Below, piece after piece: positions 1-12,097 of a DNA stretch of 64,000 nucleotides. The notes beneath the pieces were generated by a model that searched no databases, was not told the DNA's origin, and saw only the letters and a list, made by a program, of their open reading frames with translations. The stretch is from Haliotis cracherodii. Its lineage: Eukaryota. Positions within the stretch are counted from its first letter, which is position 1. Every line of letters begins with the position of its first letter. Location of the stretch: assembly GCF_022045235.1 (NCBI RefSeq), contig NW_027266275.1:26040001-26104000 (forward strand). The letters are read 5' to 3'. Made by a program: the position numbers and the translations under genes.

Positions 1-260
1 TTCCGTGATTCGTTTTTCGCCGAGGGCATTGAATACAGGCGGGGTTATTTTTAGCCAACGCTAAACTATCTGTGTGATTGTTTGGGTACAATGGTATTAG
101 ATATTATTTAATATCCAATATGTCGCAGTTAAGAGGGAGGAACGAGATGTGATGTTGGTCAGATTGTGGATATGGTATAGATACAAGGCGATGTGCGAGC
201 CGTGGACGTGAGAGCACGTTTGCAATCTTGACGTTTTCACAGTGAGATTACTTGGCAACA
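1..260 (-). mobile_element. Decayed Penelope-like GIY-YIG region
   Basis: With frameshifts the minus strand gives C-E-N-V-R-C-K-T-C-S-H-V, then NITSRSS and a degenerate YVG, the order seen in PLE CCHH/GIY-YIG domains. Confidence 0.35.
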
Positions 261-539
261 TCTGTGAATCTGCTCGCACGCGTCTCACTAACTATAACGG
301 AATGCTAGCGTTTTCGATAAAGTAGCAAACAGCCGAGTTTAGAAGAGTGAAAAAGTCAACGTGAATTTAATTTTTGTGAACAATCCATGCTCAAACGTGC
401 GCAGTAGCAGGTCCTGCATACATCGACATACATAGACACGGATTCTTGAAAACCAATGCCCAAGACCAGTCCTTAGGCTATATTCAGAGGTAAAAGATGA
501 GTAGAATTAATGTTCCTTCGCACATGGAAGATGGTATAT

Positions 540-1405
540 AGAATGATATAGATTGCTATATAGGATGATAAAGATTGCTTTATAGGATGATAAAGATTGC
601 TATATAAGATGATAAAGATGGCAATATCGGATGATAAAGATTGCAAGATAGGATGATAAAGATTGCAATATAGGATGATAAAAATTGCTATATATGATAA
701 AGAATGCTATATATGATAAATATTGCTATAGGATGATAAATATTGCTATATAGGATGATAAAGGTTGCTAAGTAGGATGATAAAGATTGCTATATAGGAT
801 GAGGAAGATTGTTATATAGGATGAGGAAAATTGCTATATAGGATGATAAAGATTGCTATAGGATGATAAAGATTGCTATATTTGATGATAAAGATTGCTA
901 TATAGGATGTTAAAGATTGCTATATCGGATGAGGAAGATTGCTATATAGGATGATAAAGATTGCAATTTAGGATGATAAAGATTGCTATATAGGATAAAG
1001 ATTGCTATATAGGATAAGAAGATTGCAATATAGGATGATAAAAATTGCTATGTAGATAAAGATTGCTATAGGATGATAAATATTGCTATATAGGGTGAGC
1101 AAGATTGCTATATATGACGATAAAGATTGCTATATATGATGATAAAGATTGCTATATATGATGATAAAGATTGTTTTATAGGATGATAAAGATTGCTATA
1201 TAGGATGAGGAAGATTGCTATATATGATGATAAAGATTGCTATATAGGATGGTAGAGATTGCTATATAGGATGATAAAGATTGCTATATAGGATGATAAA
1301 GATTGCTATATAGGATGATAAAGATTGCTATATAGGATGAGGAAGATTGCTATATATGATGATAAAGATTGCTATATAGGATGATAAAGATTGCTATATA
1401 GGATG
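540..1405. repeat. Minisatellite, ~22-bp unit GATTGCTATATAGGATGATAAA
   Basis: Direct tandem periodicity. Confidence 0.95.
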
Positions 1406-1532
1406 GTATAAAAGGATAAAGATAGGTGTGTGAGTATCCTCATCAGTATTTTTGCAGCTATTCGCGGTTCAAAGAGGTAGCATCCGTATAATTACTAGCA
1501 TAATTATATCAAATACATGTATATTCGTAAAA

Positions 1533-1945
1533 GACCCGTGAAAATCCGGGGTAGAAAAGGTCTTCAGCAACCCATGCTTGCCGTAAAAGGCGACTGTGCT
1601 TGTCGTAAGAGGCGCCTAACGGGATCAGGTGGTCAGGCTCGCTGACTTGGTTGATGCATGTCATTGTATCCCAATTGCGTGGATCGATGTTTATGATGTC
1701 AATCACTGGATTGTCTGGTCCATACTCGATTATTTACAGACCGCCGTCATGTAGCTGGAATATTGCTGAGTGCGGCGTTAAACACCAAACAAACTCATGC
1801 ACGGGGAATGATGACATCCAAATGTAGATGTGCACGTGTATCAAGCGCAGGACCTGTTGACACCCAGGTGTAAATTTGCACGTGGGATAATGCCGAGTGC
1901 GGCGTTAAACAACAAACAAAACAAAACAAAACAAAACAAAAAAAC
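1533..1945 (+). mobile_element. Full-length RUDI-like SINE, composite (carries a captured flank and a second tail)
   Basis: Head GACCCGTGAA..TCCGGGGTAGAA, tail GCTGAGTGCGGCGTTAAACAAC(AAAC)n, and a 10-bp TSD ATTCGTAAAA at 1523-1532 and 1946-1955. Confidence 0.9.
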
Positions 1946-2554
1946 ATTCGTAAAACACCCTGCTAATTTGAACATAAGAGCCGATATTCTATTCAAATGA
2001 AATCGGTGGTTCCCGTGGACAGTTAATGGAAGCGTTAGCGGTCGCAGATGAAACAGTTTCAATTGTTTTTTTAAATTTAAACATAGATTCACACAAATTG
2101 GATGCAATGGATTTTAAGAACATATTAAAACCGAGATGACCCCGTGACGTGTTTGCTACGTGTGTCCTGAAGAACAGTAAATCTAACAAATCTAGCGACT
2201 CATTTCTTTCAAAATGTCTGCCACTATAAATGGGCGCTTGGACGTTGTTATCTGTCACGTGATGACGTAACTATGACGCCACGTGGGGGAAGTACAATAG
2301 GCGTTGTTGCGGATGCGGGAGGTGGTGTCATGGTAGATAAAGCATCTCAGCAGGAATTTCACTTAATGGTTCGTCAAAGTAGTCCCCAGTACTTAACTCC
2401 ACATAGGATGCATTAATCATTGTGTTACATCCATTGAATCTTGTACATCGCTACATTTGACATGGTCGTTGATGATGATGGTATCAATTGGATAAAATAG
2501 GCTTAACAGTTCGTCAAGCATAATTTTAACCGTATATGTTGTATTCATCGCTAA

Positions 2555-2820
2555 GACCTGAATCGGATCCAGGGAAGAATATGTCTTCAGCAACCCATGC
2601 TTGCCGTAACAGGTGACTACTTGTCGTAAGAGGCGACTAACGGGATCGGGTGGTCAGATTCGGTGACTTGGTTGATGCATGTCATCGTATCCAAATTGCG
2701 TGGATCGATACTCAAGATATTAATCACTGGATTGTCTGGTCCAGACTCGATTATTTAAAGACCACCGTCATATAACTAGAATATTGTTGAGTGCGGTGTT
2801 AAACATCAATCAATCAAACA
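2555..2820 (+). mobile_element. RUDI-like SINE copy
   Basis: Aligns end to end with 1533-1794. Confidence 0.85.
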
Positions 2821-3020
2821 TGCCGCCGTGATACCGGTAGAATGTCACTGACGCCAGCATAACGCAAACGAAAAGACCTATGTTTGGCTTTGCTGCAAGT
2901 TTGCTGTCGACGAGTCAGACGACCCTGTGTGAATAAGAATCATACGTCTGTCTCTTGTCAATGTGAACCTTATGTTTTGTATTTTAGGTATGTGAATGTT
3001 ATTAACGCCCTTGTAATACC

Positions 3021-3248
3021 ACCTGTAGGGATTCCGGGTTCGAATTGATCCCCATCCTATGCTGGTCGCAAGAGGCGACATAATGGATCGGGTGGTCAGA
3101 CTCAGTTACTTGATTGATTGCGTGTCAGCGTATCCCGAAGGCGTGGATCGTTGCTAATAATATGTATCACTGGATCGTCTGGTCCAGATCCGATTATTTA
3201 CAGGCCGCCGTCACATAGCTGTAAATTATTGAGTACTTCGTTAAATAA
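3021..3248 (+). mobile_element. Diverged RUDI-like SINE copy
   Basis: Same module order; the head variant reads CCTGTAGGGATTCCGGG...GATCCCCA. Confidence 0.75.
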
Positions 3249-3949
3249 CTTATGATTTGTCGTGCACCATGGGTGTTCTTTTGTAGGAATAAGAAGACAA
3301 TATAAAACCTATAACATAATATCAAACCTCAATATTGAATATAGTCATTATTTTCTTGAAAGCTGAAGTCTGTGCCTTCATTACTGGACGTGTTTGCGAT
3401 GAATTCATTACATGTATTGGTTATCTGTGTTAAAGGTGTTAAAGTCCAAGTTGTATTTGCCATCACACAGCGTTAACACCTACAGGTGAGAGGCGCTTTT
3501 TAAGAAACGAAGTGACTGCATGGCATGCATACCAGATGCCGCCGTCATATAGCTGGATTATTACTGAGTGCGGCGTTAAACCGAAAAAATAAGAAGAAAA
3601 AATGTATGCCAGGTGGATGCGTGTAAATGATTACCCAAAACGTTGTATAGATTAGGATCTGCAGAAACTCCGGTACTGTATTGGGACTCATCTTGAAATC
3701 CCCAAGCTCACATAATTCGTTCGATATTTTTTGTCGCATCCTGGTGAAACGGCTCCTGCAGCATATTTTACACACACATGGAATATAGCATAGACTATAT
3801 AGCAGTCTCTATAATCATATATGCCATCTTATCTGTCATGTGTACAAAACGTGCACCGGAACATTTGATTTACTGATCTTTACCCCTGAATACCACACAA
3901 ATAATTGTCCAATGGAATGTAGATGTTCCATGCGTCAACAGTGATGGTT

Positions 3950-4805
3950 CATCAACAACATCGTCAGCTATATTATCAACTACCAGCAACATAGTTAACA
4001 ACCTTGATTGATTATCAGCAACATCGGTAACAACCTTGATGGATTATCAGCAACATCGTCAACAACCTTGATTATCACCAACATCGTCAGCTATATTATC
4101 AACTACCAGCAACATAGTTAACAACCTTGATGGATTATCAGCAACATCGGTAACAACTTTGATTGATTTTCAGTGACTTCGTCAATAACCTTGATGGATT
4201 ATCAGCAACATCGGTAACAACCTTGATAGATTATCAGCAACATCGTTAACAACCTTGATTGATTTTCAGTGACTTCGTCAACAACCTTGATGGATTATCA
4301 GCAACATCGTTAACAATCTTGGTGGATTATCAGCAACATCGTCAACAACCTTGATGGATTATCAGCAACATCGTTAACAACCTTGATGGATTATCAGCAA
4401 CATCGTCAACAACCCTGATAGACTATTAGCAACATTGCCAATAACCTTGATGGATTTTGCAATGACTCCGTTAACAACCTTGATGGATAATCAGCAACAT
4501 CAACAACCTGGATGGATTTTCAGTGACTTCGTCAACAACCTTGATGGATTATCAGCAACATCGGTAACAACCTTGATGGATTATCAGCAACATCGGTAAC
4601 AATCTTGATGGATTATCAGCAACATCGTCAACAACCTTGATAGATTATCAGTGACTTCGTCAACAACCTTGATGGATTATCAGCAACATCGTTAACAATC
4701 CTGATAGAGTATCAGCAACATCGCCAATAACCTTCATGGATTTTCAGTGACTATGTTAACAACCTTGATTGGTTATCAGCAACATCGTCAACAATATCAC
4801 CACCA
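3950..4805. repeat. Minisatellite, 32-bp unit AACAACCTTGATGGATTATCAGCAACATCGT(T/C)
   Basis: Direct tandem periodicity. Confidence 0.95.
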
Positions 4806-6753
4806 ACAACTATAAATATTAATTTGACAGAAAAACTGTCAAACCCAAATACCCACATTATTTTGAATTATATTTGAACCACGTTTGACCTTCACTCAAA
4901 TACACCCACAAGCGATTATTTCTGAAATACTATCAAAGCTAACAGACGATATCCACTTTGCATGTCAGCCCGGGAACACCTGGCGTTATGTAACTGCCTT
5001 TCAATGACCCAGGGATAATTTTCACCACTGTTTTGGTCTTTAGGTATCTGTTTTGGCAGATAATCGAGACTGAATATTTTCTCGCGTTCACGTTTTATAT
5101 TTTGTATGTTACCCAGTCTCTATAAAACATATAACTCGGTCTAAATCAATATGCAAAGATAGATAACCTGTCAAAGACACAGTTAATGTACGATCATCTC
5201 CCAAATGGATATGAATGGACACATTCTTTATATCACCGTTGGTCAAGGTTTATCGTGCTTCTTTGAAACTGAGTATTTGAAGCAAAGACATAAATCCACC
5301 ATCTTGAATGCCCCGCGAAGTGCAGGCTATCGTTCCAGACCACTAAAATGCCCATAAACTTGGTTGGGTTTTGGTTGAAAGAGAGGTCCGGTAACCAAAT
5401 CCGGTTTGTGCCTAACAAGGAATCATCCAGGTAGATCAGTGTCGCACCTTCGCATAATACGCGGTCAGGTCTGGTTGCACGGGATTTAATCCCAGCGAGT
5501 GTCAGATGGACAGGACAGAGTTGACCAGTAGAAGCATGCAGGATGGGTGTATAGTAACGTATAGGTTTGTTCCAGATGTGTGGCTAAACACTTGCCTGTG
5601 TTCGAAATTAGTCGAGGGATTCTTGTCATAAAGATTTAGGTGTTCATTAAATTCAATTACTACAGTAACAAACATTAAAGACATCGCTTAATTTCTTAAA
5701 CTGCTTGTGAGAAATGGCCTTGTTATGATGATGAAGATTGACACATTAACCCGATACAGGGGCGAGAAGATAGACACATTCACCCTTTACATGGGCGAGA
5801 AGTATTCCTCAAATATGGTGGAATATAGCAGAGTTGTCAACCATTTCAGAATCTGGCTAATTTTACGTTCTCGTGAATGTATCTGTTATATAACTATATG
5901 TCTATTTTGTGAGCAGAATTTCAGTAGACTGTGTTATATGGATATTAGAATACATACTGTTTTTGAATGTATCAATAATGTCAATGTGCAATATTACACG
6001 AAATCTGTTCGGTTTTGGGGTAAAATATTTCGAAGTAATATTACGCAAAACGTATCCTTCCTGCAATTAAAGGAAGCCACCATGCTAAACCGGAAGTGAC
6101 ACGTGTCCAGGACACGTACCAATGGAATTCCCTTTCTGCACAGGACGCCAGTGTTATAACTAAAGGTAAAAAAAAACCTGCGCCAAACATAAACATAGTA
6201 CGATAATATATGCCTCGTTTGGGGATTAAGCAGCGCTTGGAATGGATGACTACCATTAAGTATAGGACGAACTTGAATGCACAAGCCGGCTCTGCTTTCA
6301 GGCACATTGGCATCTGCTCTATTGACGATTGTTAGGTTTATCCATTAACAATAATACATGTATATAAGTCAGTTTGAGTGAAGTTAATATGGCTGTTTTG
6401 GAGGCCAAATGTATGTGTTACATATAGATCTATAACGCTCGAATTCAGCGATGTCTTATATTTCCAAGGTTAAAGCGCTAATGTCTTTTTAATGCTGACA
6501 TGCTATTTCATACTTCAGATTTTATATACATTGTATGGACCTATGACATGGCGCGACGTCCGCCGTCACCGCGATGTTTCCGTCCGTATCAAGGAATGAA
6601 CTGAAGCGTAGAAGAAGAGTTTTTAGTACCACAGATCCTGGGAATGGGATCAGTTAATCGTACTGGAATGAAGGATTGTGTTGTTAAACACTTTTCTCAA
6701 AATCCCAAGAAACTTTCATTTGATAACGTTGAAACGTATAGCCTCAGAAACTG

Positions 6754-7136
6754 AGGGGCCTGAAGTTAGCAGCGGGTTTGTTATTCATTATTCGTTTTTC
6801 GAATAACGAAAAATAAGCCAGCACCGAGTTCGTTATTCAAAAGCTGTATATTAGACAACTTCAGTAATGTGTTCAAATGCAATGAAACACATTTGATATA
6901 TGACAGCAGGTTCGTCTTACAACATCATCCAAAAACTGTTTAGTTATTCAGTACTTTTGAATAACGAAAAGCTAACCAGCATACCCGCATATATTAAATG
7001 ATTGTCGGTGTATTTGACCACATTACTGCAGTTGTTTAATATACAGCCTTTGCATAACGAACCAGGTGCTGGCTTGTTTTTCATTATTCGAAAAACGAAT
7101 AACGAATAACAAACCCGCTGCTAACTTCGGGCCCCT
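6754..7136. mobile_element. MITE with long (about 115 bp) TIRs
   Basis: AGGGGCCTGAAGTTAGCAGCGGGTTTGTTATTC... / ...GAATAACAAACCCGCTGCTAACTTCGGGCCCCT; direct repeat CAGAAACTG on both sides. Confidence 0.9.
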
Positions 7137-8204
7137 CAGAAACTGCAGCTTAAAACTGACCAACGTTAAGCATGTGTCACAATGAGTGTACGCCGTCTTT
7201 AGGTTGCATCTTAGAGGCTGAGTTGACTTAATTATTTTTTTTACTCTTTCAAAGGGACATTTCAGTACAGGTGCTAGTGCAATTTTGAAGCCCCAAATGC
7301 CGATGCACCTGCAGCGAAACGTCGCATTGTATGAATAAAGAAGTTGAAGTCCATCAGTCTCAGAATGTACCCGGAGAACAACGATTCCATGGCGCCATGT
7401 TTCATATTTTATCACAACATAGTGATCCCGATCTCCTGGCGTCAGTGTCCCTGTTAAGACGACTGTTTAGACAAGTCATATGATATTTATGCTTCAATAT
7501 ATATAGTCTTCTGGAAATGTGAACGACTTATGGCAAGTAAATGATATATCTTTAAAATGTCGTAGGTATTCTAGAATTGTCCACGTTCCCTTAAAGGATA
7601 TATTGTGACAGCATTGATTTCTATTTACTACAATGATGCAGGCATTCCGGCTGCCTTTCATTCAAACAAGGTACAAGGTGTGGCTGAAATGTTCCGAGCC
7701 TATGTTATGCTTATTTTTTCGTGGCAAACTGAAAGACCATCACAACATAGTTAAATATAATTACAAGGAATGCCTGTTTCTTCTAACTGACACTGTATAC
7801 CGTATATGTACAATGCGTTCAATTGTTGTTTGAAGAGAAAAATAGGTATATGTAAATTTGCTTTTTCTTATTTTTTCTATCCACATTTATCTATATTTTT
7901 CCCAAACCTGATCCATCCATACCCTAACCACGATATAGGATGTATTGTACAGTTAACATTTTGCATATATTAAGTACAATACTTGCCATGCTAATTGGCT
8001 GTATTTGAGCTAAATACACATCCAGGCAGCATATTTCTGCAGGCATCAAAGTGACTCGGTATTATATATGTTGATGAAAATGGACAGAATTGTCATCAAG
8101 ACTTCGTATCTCCAAATGAAAGGGCAACAGCCATGCATGCGGACATAGTGTCAACTTTAGGGGACGATACTCCTTCCTTTGTGGCTGTTAAGAGGTGGGC
8201 ATCA

Positions 8205-8411
8205 TGTTAGCTGGTTGGTTGGTTGGTTTGTTGTTAAACGCCGCACTCAACAAAATTCTAGCTATATGACGACGGCCTGTAAATAATCGAGTCTGGACCA
8301 GACAATCCAGTGATTGACATCATGAGCATCGATCCAAGCAATTGGGATACGATGACATGCATCAACCAAGTCAGCGAGCCTGACCCCCCGATCCCGGTAG
8401 TCGCCTCTTAC
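8205..8411 (-). mobile_element. 5'-truncated RUDI-like SINE inside the mariner relic
   Basis: Family match; 11-bp TSD GGTGGGCATCA at 8194-8204 and 8412-8422. Confidence 0.9.
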
Positions 8412-8856
8412 GGTGGGCATCAGGGGAGAAGATAGAGCATCGAAGATGATCCAATATCAGGAAGATCTGCAACAGCCACCACGAAGAAAAATGGTGATAA
8501 AATACATGGTATGATAATGGATGATCGACGACTCACCCAACGACAAATAGCCAATACAGTAGGCATCTCTCATAAGTGTCGAGGAGACACTGAGGAATGA
8601 ACTGTGCATCACAAAGGTTTCAGCACAATTGTTCATATGTTTCTGATCAGAAATGCTCCAGGTTCATCATATCTCGGGAGAAATTACGTCGTTGTGATGC
8701 AGACCCGGATGATTTTGTTGAGGGATTTGTATTCAGGGATACGAGTCTTAGGTTAGCCACAATCAGCCAGGGACTAAACAACAGTTAATGAGTGGTAACA
8801 TCCAACGTCATCCCCGAGAAAGACGGGACAGCAGCGGGCAAGGTGGTGGTTTCAGG

Positions 8857-9059
8857 TTTGTTTGTTTGTTTGTTTGTAGTTTCCAGGAACAAGACAATCC
8901 AGTGATTAACTTCATGAGCATCGATCGACGCAATTGGGATCGATGACATGCATCAACCATGTCAGCGAGCCTGACCACCTGATCCTGTGAGTCGGATCTC
9001 ACGACAAGCATAGTCGCATGGGTTGCTGTAGACCTATTCTACCCCGGATCTTCACGGAT
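8857..9059 (-). mobile_element. RUDI-like SINE inside the mariner relic
   Basis: Family match including the head (ACCCCGGATCTTCACGG) and a (TTTG)n tail. Confidence 0.85.
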
Positions 9060-10576
9060 TTTCTGAGTTTTCTGAGATTCCAAGGGATCCCCATGTATGA
9101 GAATCCAAGAAGGTTACAGTAAAACATATGGTGGATGTCATTAGTAAACGGCTAAACGTAAGCTGTGCTCCCTCTCTTTAAAGCAACACTCTCAAACTCA
9201 TTTGTTTCATTCATCGGTGGGATGTTTTAAAGCAAGCTGTTCTTCCATTTTGACCGTTTGCATTTTACCTTTTACTTTAACTGGGACCTATACAACAATC
9301 TCATGCTACACTTATTAAATAAAGTCGTTTGTTGCAAGACACTCGTTTTCTAGCGTTACACCGAAATGGAAACTAGGCTGAGAGTTTAAGCTCTATTTAA
9401 ACATACATGTATGTAAATAAATTGCAAGTGATTCCGTAGCATTCAATTTTCTAACAATAATTTCTGCCTTCCTCAAACCGAAATAAAATTAGGCCACGCT
9501 CACCAACAAACTGCTGTTTTCTGATTGGCTGATATCAGAATGGGCGGGACTTGAGTTATAGCGCTAAATGATGTTGTCTCCAGTTTGTTCTTTTTGCTAA
9601 TCGTTAAATAAGCAGTCTCTGAAGATATAGTTGTTAACGTGTTTAGTTATAAGAATTGACTTCAAGATGTATTTGAATTTATGTTACACTTCGCGTAAAT
9701 CCGCTACATAACAACTACAGTTTAACTACATTTTTTCCAACTGAAATTAACACGAAACAGATACAAGACAATAATTCCCTACTACACAATGACGAGGTAC
9801 AGATGTTTTGTTGTTGTTTTTTTCTGGCGTCAAACGAATGAAAAAACAACCATTGAGCACAGTATAGAGGGTTCGCGGCCATGGCGCTACTTCTCGCACC
9901 CGGGGGCATTGGGTCTCAGATGGTATCGCGGTGTTACCGGGGTCAGGAGATGTCTATCAAGGGACGCTGACACAGGGAAATCTAAATGAAATAAACCGTC
10001 TTCTCACTGAGGACTTCGACAATCGGTGTATCAATAGTACACCCCAATTAGTGAGTTTAACACCGCCTTCAGCAAGATTTCAGCAAGGTCACGTCGGGGA
10101 ACACCAGGAATTATGTCTAAGGTGCCACAATTCGCTGTGCAGAGTTGCGTCCCTTAACCGTGCCCGGATTTGCAGACGATTGGTTCAATCCAAGATTCGG
10201 TCCTATAAGATCCCCTGGTCTGTTAGTAACACATCCGTGTTCGTCAGTTTCATCAAACTCTGTAGAAAATGAGTTTTTCCACCCCTTGCACTGTAAGTGA
10301 CCAATTCTTGTTTTACTCCCTCAAGGCCGTGCGCCAGGCAGGGATGCAACAAGTACAATATTATATCGTATTTTGATATGACGCGGCCAAGGATTGAACC
10401 ACCGACCTTCCGCTGTCCCGTCACAGGTTCGATCCACTTGACCACTGAGACGGTCCAGTAAGCTGTGGGGTCGTCACACCATGTAACATTTGCACAGAGC
10501 GCCGTTCAACCTAATTTAAAGCATTGTAAATTCGTCAGTACTAATGAAGATATATCAATGGCTTACAAATAATCAA

Positions 10577-11018
10577 GTCTGGATCAGACAGACGATAGTG
10601 TGAGTAGCGATCAGCTCCATGTACAGGAGAGTTGGTCTGTTCTCTTGACACAACCAATCCACGTCTGGATCAGACCACGGACTGGTTATATAGGTCCGTG
10701 ATCAGACAGACGATAGTGTGATTAGCGATTAGCTCCATGTACAGGAGAGTTGGTCTGTTCTCTTGAGACAACCAATCCACGTCTGGATCAGACAGACGAT
10801 AGTGTGAGTAGCGATCAGCTACATGTACAGGAGAGTTGGTCTGTTCTCTTGAGACAACCAATCCACGTCTGAATCAGACAGACGATAGTGTGAGTAGCGA
10901 TCAGCTACATGTACAGGTGAGTTGGTCTGTTCTCTTGAGACAACCAATCCACGTCTGAATCAGACAGACGACAGTGTGAGTAGCGATCAACTCCATGTAG
11001 AGGAGAGTTGGTCTGTTC
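10577..11018. repeat. Tandem repeat, 86-bp unit, about 5 copies
   Basis: ATCCACGTCT recurs at 10775, 10861 and 10947. Confidence 0.9.
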
Positions 11019-11056
11019 ATTCACTCCCCAACACTGACCATGCCTCCGGACTCCCA

Positions 11057-11390
11057 GGGCTGAGGTGAAGTGAAATGGGGTTTAACGTCGCGTCCAACAT
11101 TATTGCACTTATATGCACGTGTTTGTGTGAGGCTGCTGATACTAGTCCGGACTGAAGTCGATGTTATAGTGCTAGCCCGATGAGATACCATGCCGCAGTT
11201 TAACATGAATACCCCACTCAGACACAGTATACTGACACTGAGCCGACCAGTCCTTGTTTTAGCCCCTTAATGCCGAGCGCCAGACAGGGTAACATCTTTA
11301 AATATCTTTTGGTATGACACGGCCGGGGATCGAACCCCCGACCTTCCACTCTCCGGGCCGACGCTCTACCATTAGACCACGGAGGCGGTC
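11057..11390 (-). mobile_element. MetaSINE-like tRNA-derived SINE
   Basis: A/B boxes are followed by GTCATACCAAAAGA...GGCGCTCGGCATTAAGGG...GACTGGTCGGCTC (Meta-domain-like). 10-bp TSD CGGACTCCCA. A degenerate relative lies at about 10290-10455 (-). Confidence 0.8.
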
Positions 11391-12097
11391 CGGACTCCCA
11401 CAATATCAAATAAATAAATATACGGCTGTGAGACTGTATCAAGAGTTGTTCTGAAACATGAGATTATGATTCATGAAATATCACAATTAAATATAGTGAG
11501 ATTTCAAACTTATAAATGAGTACTTTAAACGTTGGTCTGTTCACTTGAGACGACCAGTCCACGAGTACCTTAAACGTATTACATATACAACCTGCTCCCA
11601 GAAATAAACTGAAACAAATGTAGATGTATATACGTTCTCAAGAGGTAAACAGTTTAATAGCTTAAACGTATTAAACATTTCATTTCATTAGTTCAGATGC
11701 AAGTCACGAATGAGCTAAAGTCTTAATTTCAAAGTAAAGCGCGGTAACAGATATAGCGAGACCAACAACGTTTACAAAAAAGCTCAGAGCATTAACATGT
11801 TCAGCATGTCCGCCTCTATTGGGTTTCCTGTCGGATAGTGCATACTACTCGAGGCGCTGATGGCCTCCTCTCGGGCGTCTCTCAAGACCCTTACTTTGAT
11901 ACCGTCTAGAGGCACGAGTACACGCGATACAGAAGAGGGCAAGAGGAAATTATGGGAGAGATAACTCCTTTAACACTCGTGTGTCAAAATGAATATTATT
12001 GCTACAGACTTAAGCATCTTAACATAGTAGCCGTGCTAGGATGTAAATTGGTATGTATGGTTTAGACGCCGTTTCTACTGTTCAGTATGGTTTAGAG

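Larger units (their letters stand above)
8110..9090 (+). mobile_element. Decayed mariner-like transposase interrupted by two SINEs
   Basis: Broken frames read MHADIVSTLGDDTPSFVAVKRWAS / SIEDDPISGRSAT / MIMDDRRLTQRQIANTVGIS / ELCITKVSA / SAGKVVVS / DSKG, all typical mariner motifs. Stops and frameshifts are present. Confidence 0.85.

Noticed and set aside
1438-1450. Other CTGATGA/CTGAAGA sites as hammerheads (1440-, 40920-, 41845-, 45135-, 51123, 58687)
   Set aside because: None has a helix II followed by GAAA and an NUH site.
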